Assembly: GCA_965218795.1 (NCBI GenBank)
Contig: OZ244653.1
Span: 3,264,001-3,328,000 of the forward strand
Reading direction: 5' to 3'
Length of the DNA stretch: 64,000 nucleotides
DNA from: a bacterium
GTDB lineage: Bacteria > UBA8248 > JACPRG01 > G963555815
Part shown: piece after piece, positions 26,011 through 37,714 of the stretch
Numbering within the stretch: position 1 is the first letter of the stretch
How the letters are laid out: each line of letters opens with the position of its first letter
Notes under the pieces: model-generated
Database searches by the model: none
Seen by the model: the letters and a program-made list of their open reading frames with translations, nothing else
Told to the model about the DNA's origin: nothing
Position numbers and translations under genes: made by a program

Positions 26011-27006
26011 TCAGCGCTCCGAGCTCACGAGCGCCGGATCTGCGTCTTCGAGCTTCATGCCGAGGGAAAGACCCATTTCGTCCAGAATTCCTTTGATCTC
26101 GTTCAAGGATTTCCGTCCAAAGTTACGGGTCTTGAGCATTTCGGGCTCGGTCTTTTCTACCAACTCGTGAAGGGTCCGGATATTCGCGTTTTTCAGGCAA
26201 TTATACGAGCGGACGGAAAGCTCCAGTTCATCGACGCTCTTCCGCAGGTTTTCGAGAAGTTGCTGCTTGCGCTCGTCCTCGGCGGGTTCCTCCACCTCAG
26301 GCTCTTCTTCAAACGTGATGAATATCTGTAGATGATCCCTGAGGAGCTTGGCCGCATAGGATACGCAATCCTCCGGGCTGAGGCTTCCGTCGGTCCAAAC
26401 TTCGAGAATCAATTTGTCATAGTCCGTCGAGCGGCCCACCCGGGTGTTCTCCACCTGGAAATTCACCCGCCGGAGCGGCGAAAAAATCGCATCCATGGGG
26501 ATGAACTCGGCCCCCACGGATTCGTCCGCGTTGCGCTCGGCGGGAACGTATCCCCGCCCCTTCTTCACAATCATTTCACCCTCGAGCCTGCCGTCCTTTT
26601 GAAGCTCGGCCAAGTGGTGATCGGGATTCAGAATGGCGACCATGCCGTCGGTCTCCAAGTCCCCCGCAGTGACTAATTTCGGACCTTTTGCTTTCAAGGT
26701 CATCCGGCGGGGTTCTTCGTCATCCATGCGAAGGCGAACCTCTTTGAGGTTCAGGATGACGTCCGACACGTCTTCCACGACGCCCTGGAGGACGGAGAAC
26801 TCATGAAACACGCCTTCAAAGTGCACGGCGGTAATGGCCGCGCCGCGGACGGAGGACAAGAGCACGCGCCGCAGGGAATTACCGACCGTAATTCCGAAAC
26901 CGCGCTCGAACGGCTCTGCGGTAAACCGGCCATAAGTATCGGTTAACGTACTGCGGTCGACTTCGACCCATGTAGGTTTTTGAAAATCGGTCCACGTTGC
27001 CTTCAT
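26011..27006 (-). CDS. rpoA: RNA polymerase alpha subunit
   Basis: [22 protein letters not shown] and [11 protein letters not shown] motifs. Confidence 0.98.
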   Translation of the reverse strand: MKATWTDFQKPTWVEVDRSTLTDTYGRFTAEPFERGFGITVGNSLRRVLLSSVRGAAITAVHFEGVFHEFSVLQGVVEDVSDVILNLKEVRLRMDDEEPRRMTLKAKGPKLVTAGDLETDGMVAILNPDHHLAELQKDGRLEGEMIVKKGRGYVPAERNADESVGAEFIPMDAIFSPLRRVNFQVENTRVGRSTDYDKLILEVWTDGSLSPEDCVSYAAKLLRDHLQIFITFEEEPEVEEPAEDERKQQLLENLRKSVDELELSVRSYNCLKNANIRTLHELVEKTEPEMLKTRNFGRKSLNEIKGILDEMGLSLGMKLEDADPALVSSER

Positions 27007-27075
27007 TCACCGGGCTCCTTTTCGGCCATTCAACCCAATGGCCCATCCAAAACCCCGAATCGACCTCAAGGGGTC

Positions 27076-27714
27076 CTATTTCGAGTAAAATTCTACGATC
27101 AGTTGCTCTTCAAACGGGATGGCCAGATCTGCGCGACGAGGAAGTTCCTGTACCGTAGCCTTTACTTGATCGGCTTCCAGCGCCAGCCAACCCGGAATGC
27201 CGCGCTGCTCGGCGCGGGAGATGGCCTCCTGGACGGGAACGAGCTGCTTGCTCTTCTGCTTGATCTCCACAATGTCCCCGCTCTTGACAAGAAAGGAAGG
27301 GATGTTGACGCGCTTTCCGTTGACCAGAACGTGATTGTGCCGAACCAGCTGCCTCGCCTGGTCCCGCGAATTGGCGAAGCTGACCCGATGGACCACATTG
27401 TCCAGCCTGCGCTCCAAAAACTCCAGGAGGTTGTCTCCCGTAACCCCCTTTCGCTGGTCCGCCATTTGGAAATAACGCCGGAATTGGCGCTCCAGGATTC
27501 CATACGTACGCCGGACTTTCTGTTTCTCCCGCAAATGGAGACCATAGTCGGAAATCTTCCCGCGCCGCATTCCGTGTTCGCCGGGAGCGTAATTCCGCTT
27601 GCGGTCACCGCCTTCGAAAGGACACTTCTGACCGACACATCGCTCTCCCTTCAAATAGAGCTTCATGCCCTCCCGCCGACACAGTCGGCATTTCGGTCCT
27701 AAATATCTGGCCAC
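27076..27714 (-). CDS. rpsD: 30S ribosomal protein S4 (Zn-type)
   Basis: MARYLGPKCRLCRREG and LERRLDNVV motifs. Confidence 0.98.
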   Translation of the reverse strand: MARYLGPKCRLCRREGMKLYLKGERCVGQKCPFEGGDRKRNYAPGEHGMRRGKISDYGLHLREKQKVRRTYGILERQFRRYFQMADQRKGVTGDNLLEFLERRLDNVVHRVSFANSRDQARQLVRHNHVLVNGKRVNIPSFLVKSGDIVEIKQKSKQLVPVQEAISRAEQRGIPGWLALEADQVKATVQELPRRADLAIPFEEQLIVEFYSK

Positions 27715-27727
27715 GTTGAATCCTCTC

Positions 27728-28129
27728 TCAAACTCTTCTTCGTTTTCGCGCCCGGCAGCCGTTGTGCGGAATGGGCGTCACATCCCGGATCAGACTGATC
27801 TCCATCCCTGCTGCCTGCAACGCCCGAATGGCCGCCTCGCGGCCCGAACCGGGCCCTTTTACATAGACCTCAATGGATTTCATTCCGAATTCCATGGCCT
27901 TCTGCGCGGCGGTTTCGGCGGCGGATGTCGCCGCGAAGGGCGTCCCTTTCCGGGAACCCTTGAACCCAAGCGATCCGGCGCTCGACCATGCCACGGTGTT
28001 ACCCGACACGTCCGAAATCGTGATGATCGTGTTGTTGAACGTGGACTGAATATGGGCAATCCCCCTGCCGATAGTCCGACGCTCTTTCTTCCGCCGACTG
28101 GTTCCCTTTTCTCCACGTTTGGCCATCAT
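27728..28129 (-). CDS. rpsK: 30S ribosomal protein S11
   Basis: STFNNT and [11 protein letters not shown] motifs. Confidence 0.98.
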   Translation of the reverse strand: MMAKRGEKGTSRRKKERRTIGRGIAHIQSTFNNTIITISDVSGNTVAWSSAGSLGFKGSRKGTPFAATSAAETAAQKAMEFGMKSIEVYVKGPGSGREAAIRALQAAGMEISLIRDVTPIPHNGCRARKRRRV

Positions 28130-28138
28130 TCGGCTCCC

Positions 28139-28507
28139 TTACCTTTTCTTGCCGCCGATCGCGCGCCGGGGGCCCTTCTTCGTACGGGCATTGGTATGCG
28201 TTCGCTGGCCCCGGACGGGAAGCCCCCTGCGGTGGCGGAGGCCCCGGTAGCAACCGATATCCATCAGGCGCTTGATGTTTTGGGTGTGCTCGCGACGAAG
28301 GTCTCCCTCGGTGCGGTAGGTCCGATCGATCATCTCACGCAGCGTGCTGAGTTCGGCCTCACTCAGATTCCGGACACGGACGTTCGGGTCCATACCGGCT
28401 TCCTCCAAAATGGTTTTGGAGGTCGTCTGGCCGATACCGTAGATGTATGTCAAGGCGACCTCAACGCGCTTTTCGTTCGGAATCTCCACACCGCCGACGC
28501 GGGCCAT
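28139..28507 (-). CDS. rpsM: 30S ribosomal protein S13
   Basis: [15 protein letters not shown] motif. Confidence 0.98.
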   Translation of the reverse strand: MARVGGVEIPNEKRVEVALTYIYGIGQTTSKTILEEAGMDPNVRVRNLSEAELSTLREMIDRTYRTEGDLRREHTQNIKRLMDIGCYRGLRHRRGLPVRGQRTHTNARTKKGPRRAIGGKKR

Positions 28508-28568
28508 CGCAACTCCCTTTCATTCGAGCGCACCTGGAGGCTGCGCCCTGTTTATCTATTGTACGACT

Positions 28569-28682
28569 TCACCCCTGGCGCTGCTTGTGCTTCGGGTTCT
28601 CGCAGATCACGCGAAGAATCCCCTTGCGCCGGATGATCTTGCATTTCGGGCACATCTTCTTCACAGAGGCCCGTACTTTCAT
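28569..28682 (-). CDS. rpmJ: 50S ribosomal protein L36
   Basis: Manual translation [37 protein letters not shown]. Confidence 0.97.
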   Translation of the reverse strand: MKVRASVKKMCPKCKIIRRKGILRVICENPKHKQRQG

Positions 28683-28730
28683 GATCCAGCTCCCTCGGTT
28701 GCCGGGAAAAACGCATCCCCGACCGGAATC

Positions 28731-28949
28731 CTACTTGTACCGGTAGGTGATCCTCCCGCGCGTCAGGTCGTAGGGGGAAAGCTCCATCTTGACGCGATCT
28801 CCGGGCAGAATGCGTATAAAATGCATCCGCATCCGGCCCGAGGCGTGCGCCAGCACCTTGTGCCCGTTTTCCAGCTCGACCCTGAACATCGCGTTGGGCA
28901 ACGGCTCGACGACAGTCCCTTCGACCTCGATAGCTTCTTCCTTGGACAT
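28731..28949 (-). CDS. infA: Translation initiation factor IF-1
   Basis: [11 protein letters not shown]...[15 protein letters not shown]. Confidence 0.98.
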   Translation of the reverse strand: MSKEEAIEVEGTVVEPLPNAMFRVELENGHKVLAHASGRMRMHFIRILPGDRVKMELSPYDLTRGRITYRYK

Positions 28950-28950
28950 C

Positions 28951-29739
28951 CTAATCCTCTTTGGACTCGATTCCACGGGTCAGCACTTCGGTCCCGTTGT
29001 CCGTGATCACAACGATGTGCTCGAAGTGGGCCGACAGGCTCCCGTCCTGGGTGACGACCGTCCACCGATCGTCCTTTTCGCGGACTTCATAGCCGCCAAC
29101 GTTCAACATCGGCTCAATGGCCAAGACCATGCCCGGCCGGAGCTTCGGCCCCCAGCCCGGGGAACCAAAGTTCGGAATCTGCGGCTCCTCGTGCAGATTT
29201 CGCCCGATCCCATGTCCCGTATATTGGCGGACCACCGAGTATCCCCGGCCTTCCGCATACATCTGAATCGCGTGGGAAATATCCCTCAGAAACCCGCCCG
29301 ATATTGCGTGACGGATGCCCTCTTCCAAGGATTCACGCGTTGCTTCCAATAGTCTCGCGGCCTCTTCCGATACCTTTCCGACCGGTACGGTGACCGCGCA
29401 ATCTCCAAAATAACCATCCAACCGGACGCCCACGTCCAGGCTGACAATGTCTCCCTCGTGAAGCTTCCTCCCGGAGGGGATGCCGTGTACGACCTCCTCG
29501 TTGATCGACGTGCACAGGCTCGCCGGAAAGGGGTTCGAGGGGCTGGGGTACCCCTTGAAGGCCGGCTCGGCACCTCCCTTGCGAATCAGGTCCTCGGCCA
29601 GCTCATCCAGATCTCCGGTCGTGACGCCAGGCTCCGCGACCTCACGGACCCGACGCAGAACACAGGCCACCAATTCATTGCTCGCCCGGAGTTTATCGAT
29701 TTCCCGGGGTGACTTGAGCTCGATTCTCCGTTCATTCAC
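28951..29739 (-). CDS. map: Methionine aminopeptidase type I
   Basis: [21 protein letters not shown] and SAHFEH motifs. Confidence 0.97.
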   Translation of the reverse strand: MNERRIELKSPREIDKLRASNELVACVLRRVREVAEPGVTTGDLDELAEDLIRKGGAEPAFKGYPSPSNPFPASLCTSINEEVVHGIPSGRKLHEGDIVSLDVGVRLDGYFGDCAVTVPVGKVSEEAARLLEATRESLEEGIRHAISGGFLRDISHAIQMYAEGRGYSVVRQYTGHGIGRNLHEEPQIPNFGSPGWGPKLRPGMVLAIEPMLNVGGYEVREKDDRWTVVTQDGSLSAHFEHIVVITDNGTEVLTRGIESKED

Positions 29740-29740
29740 C

Positions 29741-30349
29741 TCACTCGGTCCGGGCGCCGGATGCTCCGGTCTGCTGAGCGGAGGCTTCCTCCCGACCGGC
29801 GCCGGCCAAGGCGGATGAAATCCGTTTCGTTATATCTTCCACACTGCCCGTTCCGTCAACCTCGGTGAGCTTTCCGCGCTCCCGGAAGTACTGAATCAAG
29901 GGCGCGGTTTCTGCTCGATACACTCTGAGCCGGATCCGGATGACTTCTTCACTGTCATCCGCACGCCCACGTCCCATCATGCGCCGGATCAATTCGTCCT
30001 CGCTCACCTCCAGGCTCACAACGCCGTCCAGCTCCCATCCTGCTTCCCGGAGAATGTCTCCCAGAGATTCCGCCTGATGGATCGTTCGCGGATAGCCGTC
30101 CAGGAGAAAACCGCCCGAACAATCGTTTTGCGAAAACCGCTCTCTCACCATCCTTGTCATCAGAGCATCAGGAATCAGATCGCCCCGGTCCATGAACTTC
30201 TTAGCTTCCAGACCGATCGGGTTCTGATGGAGCACGCTCTCCCGGAGCATCTCGCCCGTTGAGATATTGGGAACCTTCCACTCCCCGCAAAGGAGCTCAG
30301 CCTGCGTCCCCTTCCCGGAACCAGGGGGACCTAAAAGAACAATCCGCAT
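29741..30349 (-). CDS. adk: Adenylate kinase (short LID)
   Basis: GPPGSGKGTQA, LDGYPRT and RGRADD motifs. Confidence 0.96.
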   Translation of the reverse strand: MRIVLLGPPGSGKGTQAELLCGEWKVPNISTGEMLRESVLHQNPIGLEAKKFMDRGDLIPDALMTRMVRERFSQNDCSGGFLLDGYPRTIHQAESLGDILREAGWELDGVVSLEVSEDELIRRMMGRGRADDSEEVIRIRLRVYRAETAPLIQYFRERGKLTEVDGTGSVEDITKRISSALAGAGREEASAQQTGASGARTE

Positions 30350-30364
30350 AAGAACGTCGAACCT

Positions 30365-31675
30365 TCAGCCCCTGCGCCCCCGCATGCGGCCCTTCTTGAC
30401 GAACCCTTCGTAATGCCGCATGACGAGGTGGGATTCAATTTGCTGCATTGTATCCATCGCTACCCCGACCACAATGAGCAGCGCCGTCCCTCCGAAAAAG
30501 AACGGCACGTTCAGGAAGCGGATCAAGTAGGTCGGCAAGATCACGACAAAGGATAAATAGATGGCACCGACAAACGTCAGCCGTGTCAAAAGCCGCTCGA
30601 TGTATTCCGAGGTCCGCTTGCCCGGCCGGATGCCGGGAACATATCCGCCGTACTTCTTCATGTTGTCCGCCACATCCATCGGGTTAAAAATGATGGACGT
30701 ATAAAAATAGCAGAAGAAGAAGATCAGGATGACGGTCACGAGGCTGTAGGCAATCGTCCCAGGCGCCAGGCCCTGAGAGACCATGCGCATCCATGGATGA
30801 TCGACAAATTGCGTGATCGTTGTCGGAAACACGATCAGTGAGGAGGCGAATATCGGGGGGATCACACCGGACGTGTTGACCTTCAGCGGCAAGTGGGTGC
30901 TCTGACCGCCCATCATCTTCCGGCCCACGACCCGCTTGGCGTACTGAACGGGGATGCGTCGCTGTCCGGTCTCCATGAACACGATGCCCGCGATGACCGC
31001 CATCATCATCACCAAAACAAAAATCATGACCAGCGGCTGAAGCTCCCGCTGGCCGATCAATCGGAAAGTGTTCAGGATGGCCGACGGAAGATTGGAGACG
31101 ATGCCGGCAAAGATGATCAGAGAGATTCCGTTGCCGATCCCCCGGTCGGTGATTTGCTCGCCCAGCCACATCAGAAATGCAGTTCCGCTGGTCAGGGTCA
31201 GAACGGTCAAGAAGCGGAACCCCCAACCCGGGAAGAGAATGATCGGCGCGCCGCCCGGGGCTTGCATACTTTCCAGACCGATGCTGATGCCCATCCCCTG
31301 AATGAAGCTCAGGACGACCGTACCGTACCGTGTATATTGCGTGATCTTTTTTCTCCCGGCTTCGCCTTCCTTCTTGAGCTTCGCCAGGTGCGGAACGACC
31401 ACCGTCATCAGCTCCAGAATGATGGAGGCGCTGATGTACGGCATAATGCCGAGCGCGAAGATCGCCATCTGGCTGAGCGCGCCGCCGGAGAACAGGTCGA
31501 AAAACGTCAGGAGGGAACTCGCCTGAGCTTGGAAGAACGCAGACAGCGCTGTTCCGTCCACACCGGGCGTCGGGATATGGACCCCGATTCGGTACACCGC
31601 CAAGAGGCCGATGGTGTAGAGGATTCGCTGCTTGAGCTCCGGAACCTTCGCAATATTTTGAAAGCTTCCGATCAC
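30365..31675 (-). CDS. secY: Preprotein translocase SecY
   Basis: LGIMPYISASII, GIGNGISLII and PGIRPG motifs. Confidence 0.98.
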   Translation of the reverse strand: MIGSFQNIAKVPELKQRILYTIGLLAVYRIGVHIPTPGVDGTALSAFFQAQASSLLTFFDLFSGGALSQMAIFALGIMPYISASIILELMTVVVPHLAKLKKEGEAGRKKITQYTRYGTVVLSFIQGMGISIGLESMQAPGGAPIILFPGWGFRFLTVLTLTSGTAFLMWLGEQITDRGIGNGISLIIFAGIVSNLPSAILNTFRLIGQRELQPLVMIFVLVMMMAVIAGIVFMETGQRRIPVQYAKRVVGRKMMGGQSTHLPLKVNTSGVIPPIFASSLIVFPTTITQFVDHPWMRMVSQGLAPGTIAYSLVTVILIFFFCYFYTSIIFNPMDVADNMKKYGGYVPGIRPGKRTSEYIERLLTRLTFVGAIYLSFVVILPTYLIRFLNVPFFFGGTALLIVVGVAMDTMQQIESHLVMRHYEGFVKKGRMRGRRG

Positions 31676-32118
31676 TCGCCGATCACCCGAACTTGGCCCC
31701 CGGCCGATTCAATCTTGGACCGGGCGGTCTCACTGAACTTATTCGCTTCCACGGTCAGGGCGATCCCCAGATCTCCCCGCCCCAGAATTTTCACGCCGTC
31801 CACCTGCCGCTTGACCAGACCCAAACCGCGCAAGAGTTCTTCATCCACCCGGCTCTGGGCAGGCAGCTGAGCCAAGTCGCCCACATTGACGAGGGCGTAG
31901 CGCTTTTTGAAGATATTGGTAAACCCCCGCTTCGGCAAACGCCGCTGGAGGGGCATCTGGCCGCCTTCGAACCAGGGGTGGATTCCTCCTCCGGAGCGCG
32001 ATTTCTGGCCCTTGTGGCCTCGTCCGGAGGTTTTCCCTCTCCCCGACCCCGGACCTCGGCCCACCCGACGGGCATTGCGTCTGGCCCCTTTGGGAGGCCT
32101 GAGATTATCCAGGCTCAC
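31672..32118 (-). CDS. rplO: 50S ribosomal protein L15
   Basis: GRGHKGQKSR and FEGGQMP motifs. Confidence 0.98.
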   Translation of the reverse strand: MSLDNLRPPKGARRNARRVGRGPGSGRGKTSGRGHKGQKSRSGGGIHPWFEGGQMPLQRRLPKRGFTNIFKKRYALVNVGDLAQLPAQSRVDEELLRGLGLVKRQVDGVKILGRGDLGIALTVEANKFSETARSKIESAGGQVRVIGE

Positions 32119-32312
32119 GAGCTCACCTCTTCCACGCTGACCAGATGAATGATCTTGGCGACCATTCCGCGGATCGACGGTGTATCCTCCCGCACCACGG
32201 AACGTCCCACCTTTCGAAGTCCAAGGCCCCAGAGCACCCTGTGCTGTTTTTTCTGCCTGCCGATGGGACTGCCCGTGAGGGTGATCCTGATTTTCTGAGA
32301 TGGGTTCACCAT
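32115..32312 (-). CDS. rpmD: 50S ribosomal protein L30
   Basis: SPIGR...LGLRK...DTPSIRGM; expected position in the spc operon. Confidence 0.95.
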   Translation of the reverse strand: MVNPSQKIRITLTGSPIGRQKKQHRVLWGLGLRKVGRSVVREDTPSIRGMVAKIIHLVSVEEVSS

Positions 32313-32325
32313 ACCGGATTCCGCC

Positions 32326-32850
32326 TCAACTCAATCGGGTCTGCATCTCTTCTCGCGTCAGCCCGCGGGCTTTGGCTACCTGATCGGGGCTTCGGAGTTG
32401 GAGCAGCCCTTCCATCGTGGCTTTCGCAACATTGTGGGGGCTATCCGATCCGAGAGATTTGGTCAGAATGTCTTTTACGCCCGCCACCTCCAGGATGGCC
32501 CGCACGGCCCCGCCCGCAATGACCCCCGTACCCTTGGAGGCCGGTTTCAACAGCACTTGCCCTTTCCCGAAACGCCCATTGACCGCATGGGGGATCGAGG
32601 TCTCAGCCAGAGAAATGTTGACCATCGTCCGTTTGGCCTTCTCAATGCCCTTGGCGATGGCATCGGGGACCAGATTGGCCTTTCCCATCGCAACGCCCAC
32701 CCGCCCGTTCCGGTCGCCGACCGTGACCAACGCGCTGAAGCTGAATCGCCTTCCGCCCTTGACAACCTTGGCGACCCGATTGACGAAGATGATCTTGTCG
32801 ATGATCTCCTTCTCACCGGGCTTTTCCCGATCGAACCCGCGCTGATTCAA
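32326..32850 (-). CDS. rpsE: 30S ribosomal protein S5
   Basis: [14 protein letters not shown] motif. Confidence 0.98.
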   Translation of the reverse strand: MNQRGFDREKPGEKEIIDKIIFVNRVAKVVKGGRRFSFSALVTVGDRNGRVGVAMGKANLVPDAIAKGIEKAKRTMVNISLAETSIPHAVNGRFGKGQVLLKPASKGTGVIAGGAVRAILEVAGVKDILTKSLGSDSPHNVAKATMEGLLQLRSPDQVAKARGLTREEMQTRLS

Positions 32851-33215
32851 AATTTCACTCCCTGCTTTCGGACGGCGTTGGCCAACTCGGCCACCCGACC
32901 GTGGTATTGATAGCCGTTCCTATCGAAGGCGATCTTCTGAATGCCGGAATTCTTCGCCGCTTCGCCGAGGATTTCTCCCACCAACCGGGCGGCTTCCAGG
33001 TCACCCCCTTTTTCCCCTCCGCGATCACGGAAGGCCGGGCTCAGGCTCGAGGAGGCCACCAGCGTCCGTCCCTCGAAGTCGTTAATGATCTGTGCGTAAA
33101 TGTGCTGATTGCTCTTGCAAACGGAAAGCCTGGGCTTATCGGCGGAACCGAACACCTTTTTCCGCACACGCAAGGCCCGGCGTTTCCTGGGTGTGGTTCG
33201 CCCTTGTCGTGACAT
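32847..33215 (-). CDS. rplR: 50S ribosomal protein L18
   Basis: PRLSV..SN.HIYAQ and [12 protein letters not shown] motifs. Confidence 0.98.
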   Translation of the reverse strand: MSRQGRTTPRKRRALRVRKKVFGSADKPRLSVCKSNQHIYAQIINDFEGRTLVASSSLSPAFRDRGGEKGGDLEAARLVGEILGEAAKNSGIQKIAFDRNGYQYHGRVAELANAVRKQGVKF

Positions 33216-33216
33216 C

Positions 33217-33762
33217 TTACTTCACCGCCGCCTTCCCGGCCTTCCGACGGACATACTCGCCGACGTAGCGCACCCCTTTGCCCTTGTACGGCTCCGGTTT
33301 GCGGAAGTGACGGATATCCGCGGCGGCCTGACCCACCTTCTCTTTGTCGATGCCCCGTACAATGATGATGTTCTTGTTATTCTCATCCAGAGCGATTTCA
33401 ACGCCTTCAGCCGGCTGATATTCGATGGGGTGGGAGTACCCCAGGTGGAGTGTCAGTTTCTTGCCCTCCACCGCGGCGCGGTAACCGAGACCGACCAGCT
33501 CCAAGCGCTTTTCGAATCCATCGGTCACCCCTTGCACCATGTTGGCGAGGAGAGAACGGGTCAGACCGTGAAGCGCGCGGTCCTGCCGCCCCTCTCCAGG
33601 CCGTTCCACGCGAAGCTCCCCTTCCTCTTGGAGGATCTTCATCCTTGGATGGAGTTCCCGCGAAAGGGTGCCTTTCGGCCCTTTCATCTCGATATGGGTC
33701 CCTTGAAGATTTACATCGACTCCCGAGGGACAAGGGACAGGCTGCTTACCGACGCGTGACAT
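33217..33762 (-). CDS. rplF: 50S ribosomal protein L6
   Basis: MSRVGK and PEPYKGKG motifs. Confidence 0.98.
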   Translation of the reverse strand: MSRVGKQPVPCPSGVDVNLQGTHIEMKGPKGTLSRELHPRMKILQEEGELRVERPGEGRQDRALHGLTRSLLANMVQGVTDGFEKRLELVGLGYRAAVEGKKLTLHLGYSHPIEYQPAEGVEIALDENNKNIIIVRGIDKEKVGQAAADIRHFRKPEPYKGKGVRYVGEYVRRKAGKAAVK

Positions 33763-33768
33763 GGTCTC

Positions 33769-34167
33769 TCACAGAATCTCGCACAGAACCTCGCCCCCGA
33801 CGCCCAAGGAGCGGGCTTCCCGGTCCGTCACCAAGCCTTTGGAGGTGGACAGGATGTACACGCCCAGTCCATTGGCCACTTTTCCGATTTCTCCATGACC
33901 CACGTAAATCCGCCGGCCGGGCTTGCTGACCCGCTTGAGTCGCCTGGGCACCGGACCGGCCTCCCCGACGGGCCGAAGGTCCAGTTCCAGGACGCCTTGT
34001 TTGTCGTCCTCGATCCACCGGTGACCCAGGATGTAACCCTCCCGCTGGAGGATTTCGGCGATACTCCGTTTCAGCTTGGATCCGGGAAGGCGAACTTGGG
34101 TGTGCCGGGCGGTCAAACCGTTCCGGATACGCGTCAGCAAATCAGAGATGGGATCGGTCATGCTCAT
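33769..34167 (-). CDS. rpsH: 30S ribosomal protein S8
   Basis: MTDPISDLLTRIRN and SKPGRRIY motifs. Confidence 0.97.
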   Translation of the reverse strand: MSMTDPISDLLTRIRNGLTARHTQVRLPGSKLKRSIAEILQREGYILGHRWIEDDKQGVLELDLRPVGEAGPVPRRLKRVSKPGRRIYVGHGEIGKVANGLGVYILSTSKGLVTDREARSLGVGGEVLCEIL

Positions 34168-34186
34168 GGATATGATTCTCCCGCTT

Positions 34187-34372
34187 TTACCAGCTCGATT
34201 TGGTAACACCGGGGATCTCTCCCCGCAAAGCCAAGCTCCGGAAGCAGATTCGGCACATGGCGAACTTTCGCAGATAGCTGCGAGGACGGCCGCAAATCTT
34301 GCAGCGGTTGTACCCTCTGACCTTGAATTTCGGCTTGCGATTGGCTTTCGCGATCAGCGACTTCTTCGCCAC
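34187..34372 (-). CDS. rpsN: 30S ribosomal protein S14 (type Z, Zn-binding)
   Basis: 61 aa with RCKICGR...MCRICFR. Confidence 0.97.
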   Translation of the reverse strand: MAKKSLIAKANRKPKFKVRGYNRCKICGRPRSYLRKFAMCRICFRSLALRGEIPGVTKSSW

Positions 34373-34397
34373 GTCCCTCTCCTGGTGTCGGCGGTTT

Positions 34398-35027
34398 TCA
34401 ATCCCGGAACGGCATCCCCATGCGCTTCAACAAGGCCCTGCCCTCTTCATCGCTCCGAGCCGTTGTCACGATGCTGACGCCCAACCCCCGGATTTTGTCC
34501 ACTTTGTCATAATCGATTTCCGGAAAGATGACCTGCTCGCGGAGGCCGATGGAAAAGTTTCCCCGTCCATCGAACGCCTTCCCGGACAAGCCCCGAAAGT
34601 CGCGGACCCGGGGCAGCGCTACATTCATCAGCCGATCCAAGAACTCGTACATCCGGTCGCCCCGAAGCGTCACCATGGCGCCAATCGGCATCCCGGTCCG
34701 CAGCTTGAATGCGGCGATCGATTTCCGGGCATTCCGAATGATGGGCTTTTGCCCGGTCATGGCGGCGATCTCTTCCACGCCTGCCTCGAGGACCTTGCCA
34801 TTTTGGATGGCCTCGCCCAATCCCATGTTCACCACGACCTTGTCGAGCTTTGGAACCAGCATGGGATTCTTGAAACCGAATTCCTTCTGAAGCTGCGGGG
34901 CGATCTCTTCCAGGTAGCGTTTCCGAAGCCGGGAAGGCTCTCCTTTCAGGGGGGTCCCCTTCACCTTTTTCCCGCCTTTGGACGATGCCGCCTCTTCAGG
35001 AGCTTCGGCGCCTTTCTTTTTTGCCAT
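34398..35027 (-). CDS. rplE: 50S ribosomal protein L5 (N-terminal extension)
   Basis: [11 protein letters not shown] and LPRVRDFRG motifs. Confidence 0.98.
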   Translation of the reverse strand: MAKKKGAEAPEEAASSKGGKKVKGTPLKGEPSRLRKRYLEEIAPQLQKEFGFKNPMLVPKLDKVVVNMGLGEAIQNGKVLEAGVEEIAAMTGQKPIIRNARKSIAAFKLRTGMPIGAMVTLRGDRMYEFLDRLMNVALPRVRDFRGLSGKAFDGRGNFSIGLREQVIFPEIDYDKVDKIRGLGVSIVTTARSDEEGRALLKRMGMPFRD

Positions 35028-35040
35028 CCTTCAGGCCACC

Positions 35041-35397
35041 CTATGACTCATCCAGCATTTCGCCGCTTTTCTTCAGATAACGGACCTTGCGCCCGTCCTC
35101 GAGAACTTTCCATCCCACGCGGGAAGTCTGGCTGGTCTTCGGACACACCAGCATGACGTTCGAGAGGTGAATCCTGGCTTCCTTCTCGACAATCCCGCCC
35201 TTCTGCTTCTGGTCGGGGCGCGTATGACGCTTGACCATGTTGACCTTCTCGATGATGACCTGAGCCTCCCGGGCGTACACGCGCAAAACCCGTCCCCGCT
35301 TCCCCTTGTCCTTGCCGACCACCACCTCCACAATGTCGTTCTTGCGGATGACGGCCTTGGGAGCCCTGGCTGATTTCCGATCTTTCACGCCGGTCAT
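35041..35397 (-). CDS. rplX: 50S ribosomal protein L24
   Basis: [11 protein letters not shown] motif and EARIHLSNV. Confidence 0.97.
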   Translation of the reverse strand: MTGVKDRKSARAPKAVIRKNDIVEVVVGKDKGKRGRVLRVYAREAQVIIEKVNMVKRHTRPDQKQKGGIVEKEARIHLSNVMLVCPKTSQTSRVGWKVLEDGRKVRYLKKSGEMLDES

Positions 35398-35418
35398 GGG
35401 TTCCTTTCCCTCTCCCGC

Positions 35419-35787
35419 CTACAGCACCTCGGGGGCCAATGAAATGATTTTCATGAATTGCCTCCGCCGAAGCTCGCGGGCAACCGGTCCGAAGATTCGC
35501 GTCCCCAGGGGCTCCCGATTCTCGTTGACCAAAACAATGGCGTTATTGTCGAACCGGATGTACGAACCGTCAGGGCGTCCAAGCTCTTTCTTGGTTCGGA
35601 CGACGACACCCCGGCGAACGTCCCCCTTCTTGATCGGGGCGTTGGGAACCGCTTCCTTGACGGCGACGACGATCATGTCCCCCACCCCCGCGTAACGTCT
35701 CCTCGTCCCGCCCAATACTTTGATACACATGGCTTTTCGGCCGCCTGAATTGTCAGCCACTTCGACCATGGTTTGTACTTGAATCAT
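35419..35787 (-). CDS. rplN: 50S ribosomal protein L14
   Basis: VADNSG and [12 protein letters not shown] motifs. Confidence 0.98.
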   Translation of the reverse strand: MIQVQTMVEVADNSGGRKAMCIKVLGGTRRRYAGVGDMIVVAVKEAVPNAPIKKGDVRRGVVVRTKKELGRPDGSYIRFDNNAIVLVNENREPLGTRIFGPVARELRRRQFMKIISLAPEVL

Positions 35788-35800
35788 GAGGATCTCCCGC

Positions 35801-36064
35801 TCAACGGGCCTTTTCGATCACCTCGACCAGCCGCCAGCGTTTCGTCTTGCTGAGGGGGCGCGTCTCCATGATGCGAACCCTATCGCCCACGGTCAGCTCG
35901 TTGTTTTCGTCATGGACGTGAAAACTGGATCTGCGCCGCATGATTCGCTTGAAAATCGGATGCTGCACCAATCGGTCCACCCGCACAACGGCCGTCTTGT
36001 CCATCTTGTTGCTGGTTACCCGGCCTACCCGGGTTTTTCTGCGTCCTCGGACGTTCGCTGCCAT
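35801..36064 (-). CDS. rpsQ: 30S ribosomal protein S17
   Basis: SNKMDKT and [11 protein letters not shown] motifs. Confidence 0.97.
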   Translation of the reverse strand: MAANVRGRRKTRVGRVTSNKMDKTAVVRVDRLVQHPIFKRIMRRRSSFHVHDENNELTVGDRVRIMETRPLSKTKRWRLVEVIEKAR

Positions 36065-36067
36065 CAA

Positions 36068-36262
36068 TCAGTCCTTCTGGGTGCGTTCTCGGGTGGCCGT
36101 TTGGGCCCGCGCGATGTCTCTGCGGACCAGGCGGATTCGCATGGGATTTTCCACTTGGCCCGTTACCCGCTGGAACCGCAGGTTGAACAACTCTTCCCTC
36201 AACTCGCGTTCCTTGACGGCGAGCTCATCATCTGTCAGGTCTCGAAATTCCTGCGGTTTCAT
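36068..36262 (-). CDS. rpmC: 50S ribosomal protein L29
   Basis: EELFNLRFQ...RRDIAR motif. Confidence 0.97.
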   Translation of the reverse strand: MKPQEFRDLTDDELAVKERELREELFNLRFQRVTGQVENPMRIRLVRRDIARAQTATRERTQKD

Positions 36263-36281
36263 CCGATCTCCGTCCGCACGG

Positions 36282-36689
36282 TCAATCCTTCACCACGAAT
36301 CGGGTTTTCATGGGCAGCTTCCGACCCGCCAGGCGCATGGCTTCCCGGGCGATCGGCTCGGCCACGCCAGCCATCTCGTACAACATGCGGCCGGGCCGGA
36401 TAACGGCCACCCACTGCTCCGGGGGACCTTTCCCTTTACCCATCCGGACTTCGGCCGGCTTCTTGGTAATCGGCTTGTCCGGGAATATGCGAATCCAGAC
36501 TTTCGCGCCGCGCTTGACGTACCGCGTCATGGCGATCCGTGCGGCCTCGATTTGCCGATCCGTCATCCAGACGGCTTCCATCGCCTGCAATCCATATTCG
36601 CCGAACTCCAGGGATGACCCGGTGTAGGCCTTACCCCGCCTGCGTCCCCGCTGGATCTTGCGGTGTTTGACTTTCTTGGGCATCAACAT
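36282..36689 (-). CDS. rplP: 50S ribosomal protein L16
   Basis: MLMPKKVK and RMGKGKG motifs. Confidence 0.98.
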   Translation of the reverse strand: MLMPKKVKHRKIQRGRRRGKAYTGSSLEFGEYGLQAMEAVWMTDRQIEAARIAMTRYVKRGAKVWIRIFPDKPITKKPAEVRMGKGKGPPEQWVAVIRPGRMLYEMAGVAEPIAREAMRLAGRKLPMKTRFVVKD

Positions 36690-36707
36690 GGGCGGTCATC
36701 CACTCCC

Positions 36708-37355
36708 CTACGCTTCCCGCTCACTGAATGGAGAATAGGATTCCCCCTTGTAAACCCACACCTTGACCCCGATCACACCGTAGGTCGTCTTCGCCTCGGC
36801 AAAACCGAAATCGATATCCGCTCGTAGCGTATGCAGCGGAATTCGACCTTCCCTGACCCACTCCTTCCGGGACATCTCGGCGCCGCCGAGCCGTCCCGAG
36901 ACGCCGATCTTGATCCCCCGCACCCCGAACCGGAGGGCGGAAGTGACCGCCCGTTTCATGGCGCGGCGAAAGCCCACCCGCCGCTCGAGTTGCAGCGCAA
37001 CGTTCTCGGCCACCAGTTGGGCGTCGGCCTCGGCCTTCCGAACCTCCTTGATGTTGATGTGAACCTGCTTCCCCGTCCGGTTCTGCAGGTCGGCGCGAAG
37101 CTTGTCCACCTCGCTTCCCCGTTTCCCGATGATGATCCCGGGCCGGGCGGCCCAGATGTCAATCCGGCACCGCTGGGAGGCGCGCTCTATGGTGATCTTC
37201 GAAACGCCGGCGTGATACAGCGTCTTTTTGATATACCTGCGAAGATCGATATCCTCGTGCAGCAGGTCGGTGAAATCGCGCCGCGAAAACCAATTCGAAG
37301 ACCATGTCTTGTTGAAGCCCAAACGAAATCCGGTCGGGTGAACCTTTTGACCCAT
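36708..37355 (-). CDS. rpsC: 30S ribosomal protein S3
   Basis: MGQKVHP.GFRLG and [10 protein letters not shown] motifs. Confidence 0.98.
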   Translation of the reverse strand: MGQKVHPTGFRLGFNKTWSSNWFSRRDFTDLLHEDIDLRRYIKKTLYHAGVSKITIERASQRCRIDIWAARPGIIIGKRGSEVDKLRADLQNRTGKQVHINIKEVRKAEADAQLVAENVALQLERRVGFRRAMKRAVTSALRFGVRGIKIGVSGRLGGAEMSRKEWVREGRIPLHTLRADIDFGFAEAKTTYGVIGVKVWVYKGESYSPFSEREA

Positions 37356-37357
37356 CC

Positions 37358-37708
37358 TCAGTCCTCCTCGCTTTCCGGCGTCGCCAAGACCACGGTGATG
37401 TGGCTCATGGGCTTCAGGATCTTCGTCGCCCGTCCCCGGGCGCGGGGCCGATACCGCTTCAATCTTGGGCCTCCGTCAATCGTAAGACGCTTAATGTAAA
37501 GCCTTTCGACATCGTCGGTGGTTCCTTTGACCTCGGCGTTGGCCAATGCGGATCGAACCACCTTTCGCAGCATCTTGGCGGATCCTTGGGGCGCCACGTC
37601 CAAAACCTGAAGGGCCTTATCGACGGGTTTTCCCCGGACAAGCTCGGCCACTCCCCGAAGTTTCTGGGGGGAACGCCGGGCAAACCGGAGGATGGCTCTC
37701 GATTCCAT
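37358..37708 (-). CDS. rplV: 50S ribosomal protein L22
   Basis: SALANAE, PRARGRA and SHITV motifs. Confidence 0.97.
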   Translation of the reverse strand: MESRAILRFARRSPQKLRGVAELVRGKPVDKALQVLDVAPQGSAKMLRKVVRSALANAEVKGTTDDVERLYIKRLTIDGGPRLKRYRPRARGRATKILKPMSHITVVLATPESEED

Positions 37709-37714
37709 CCAACC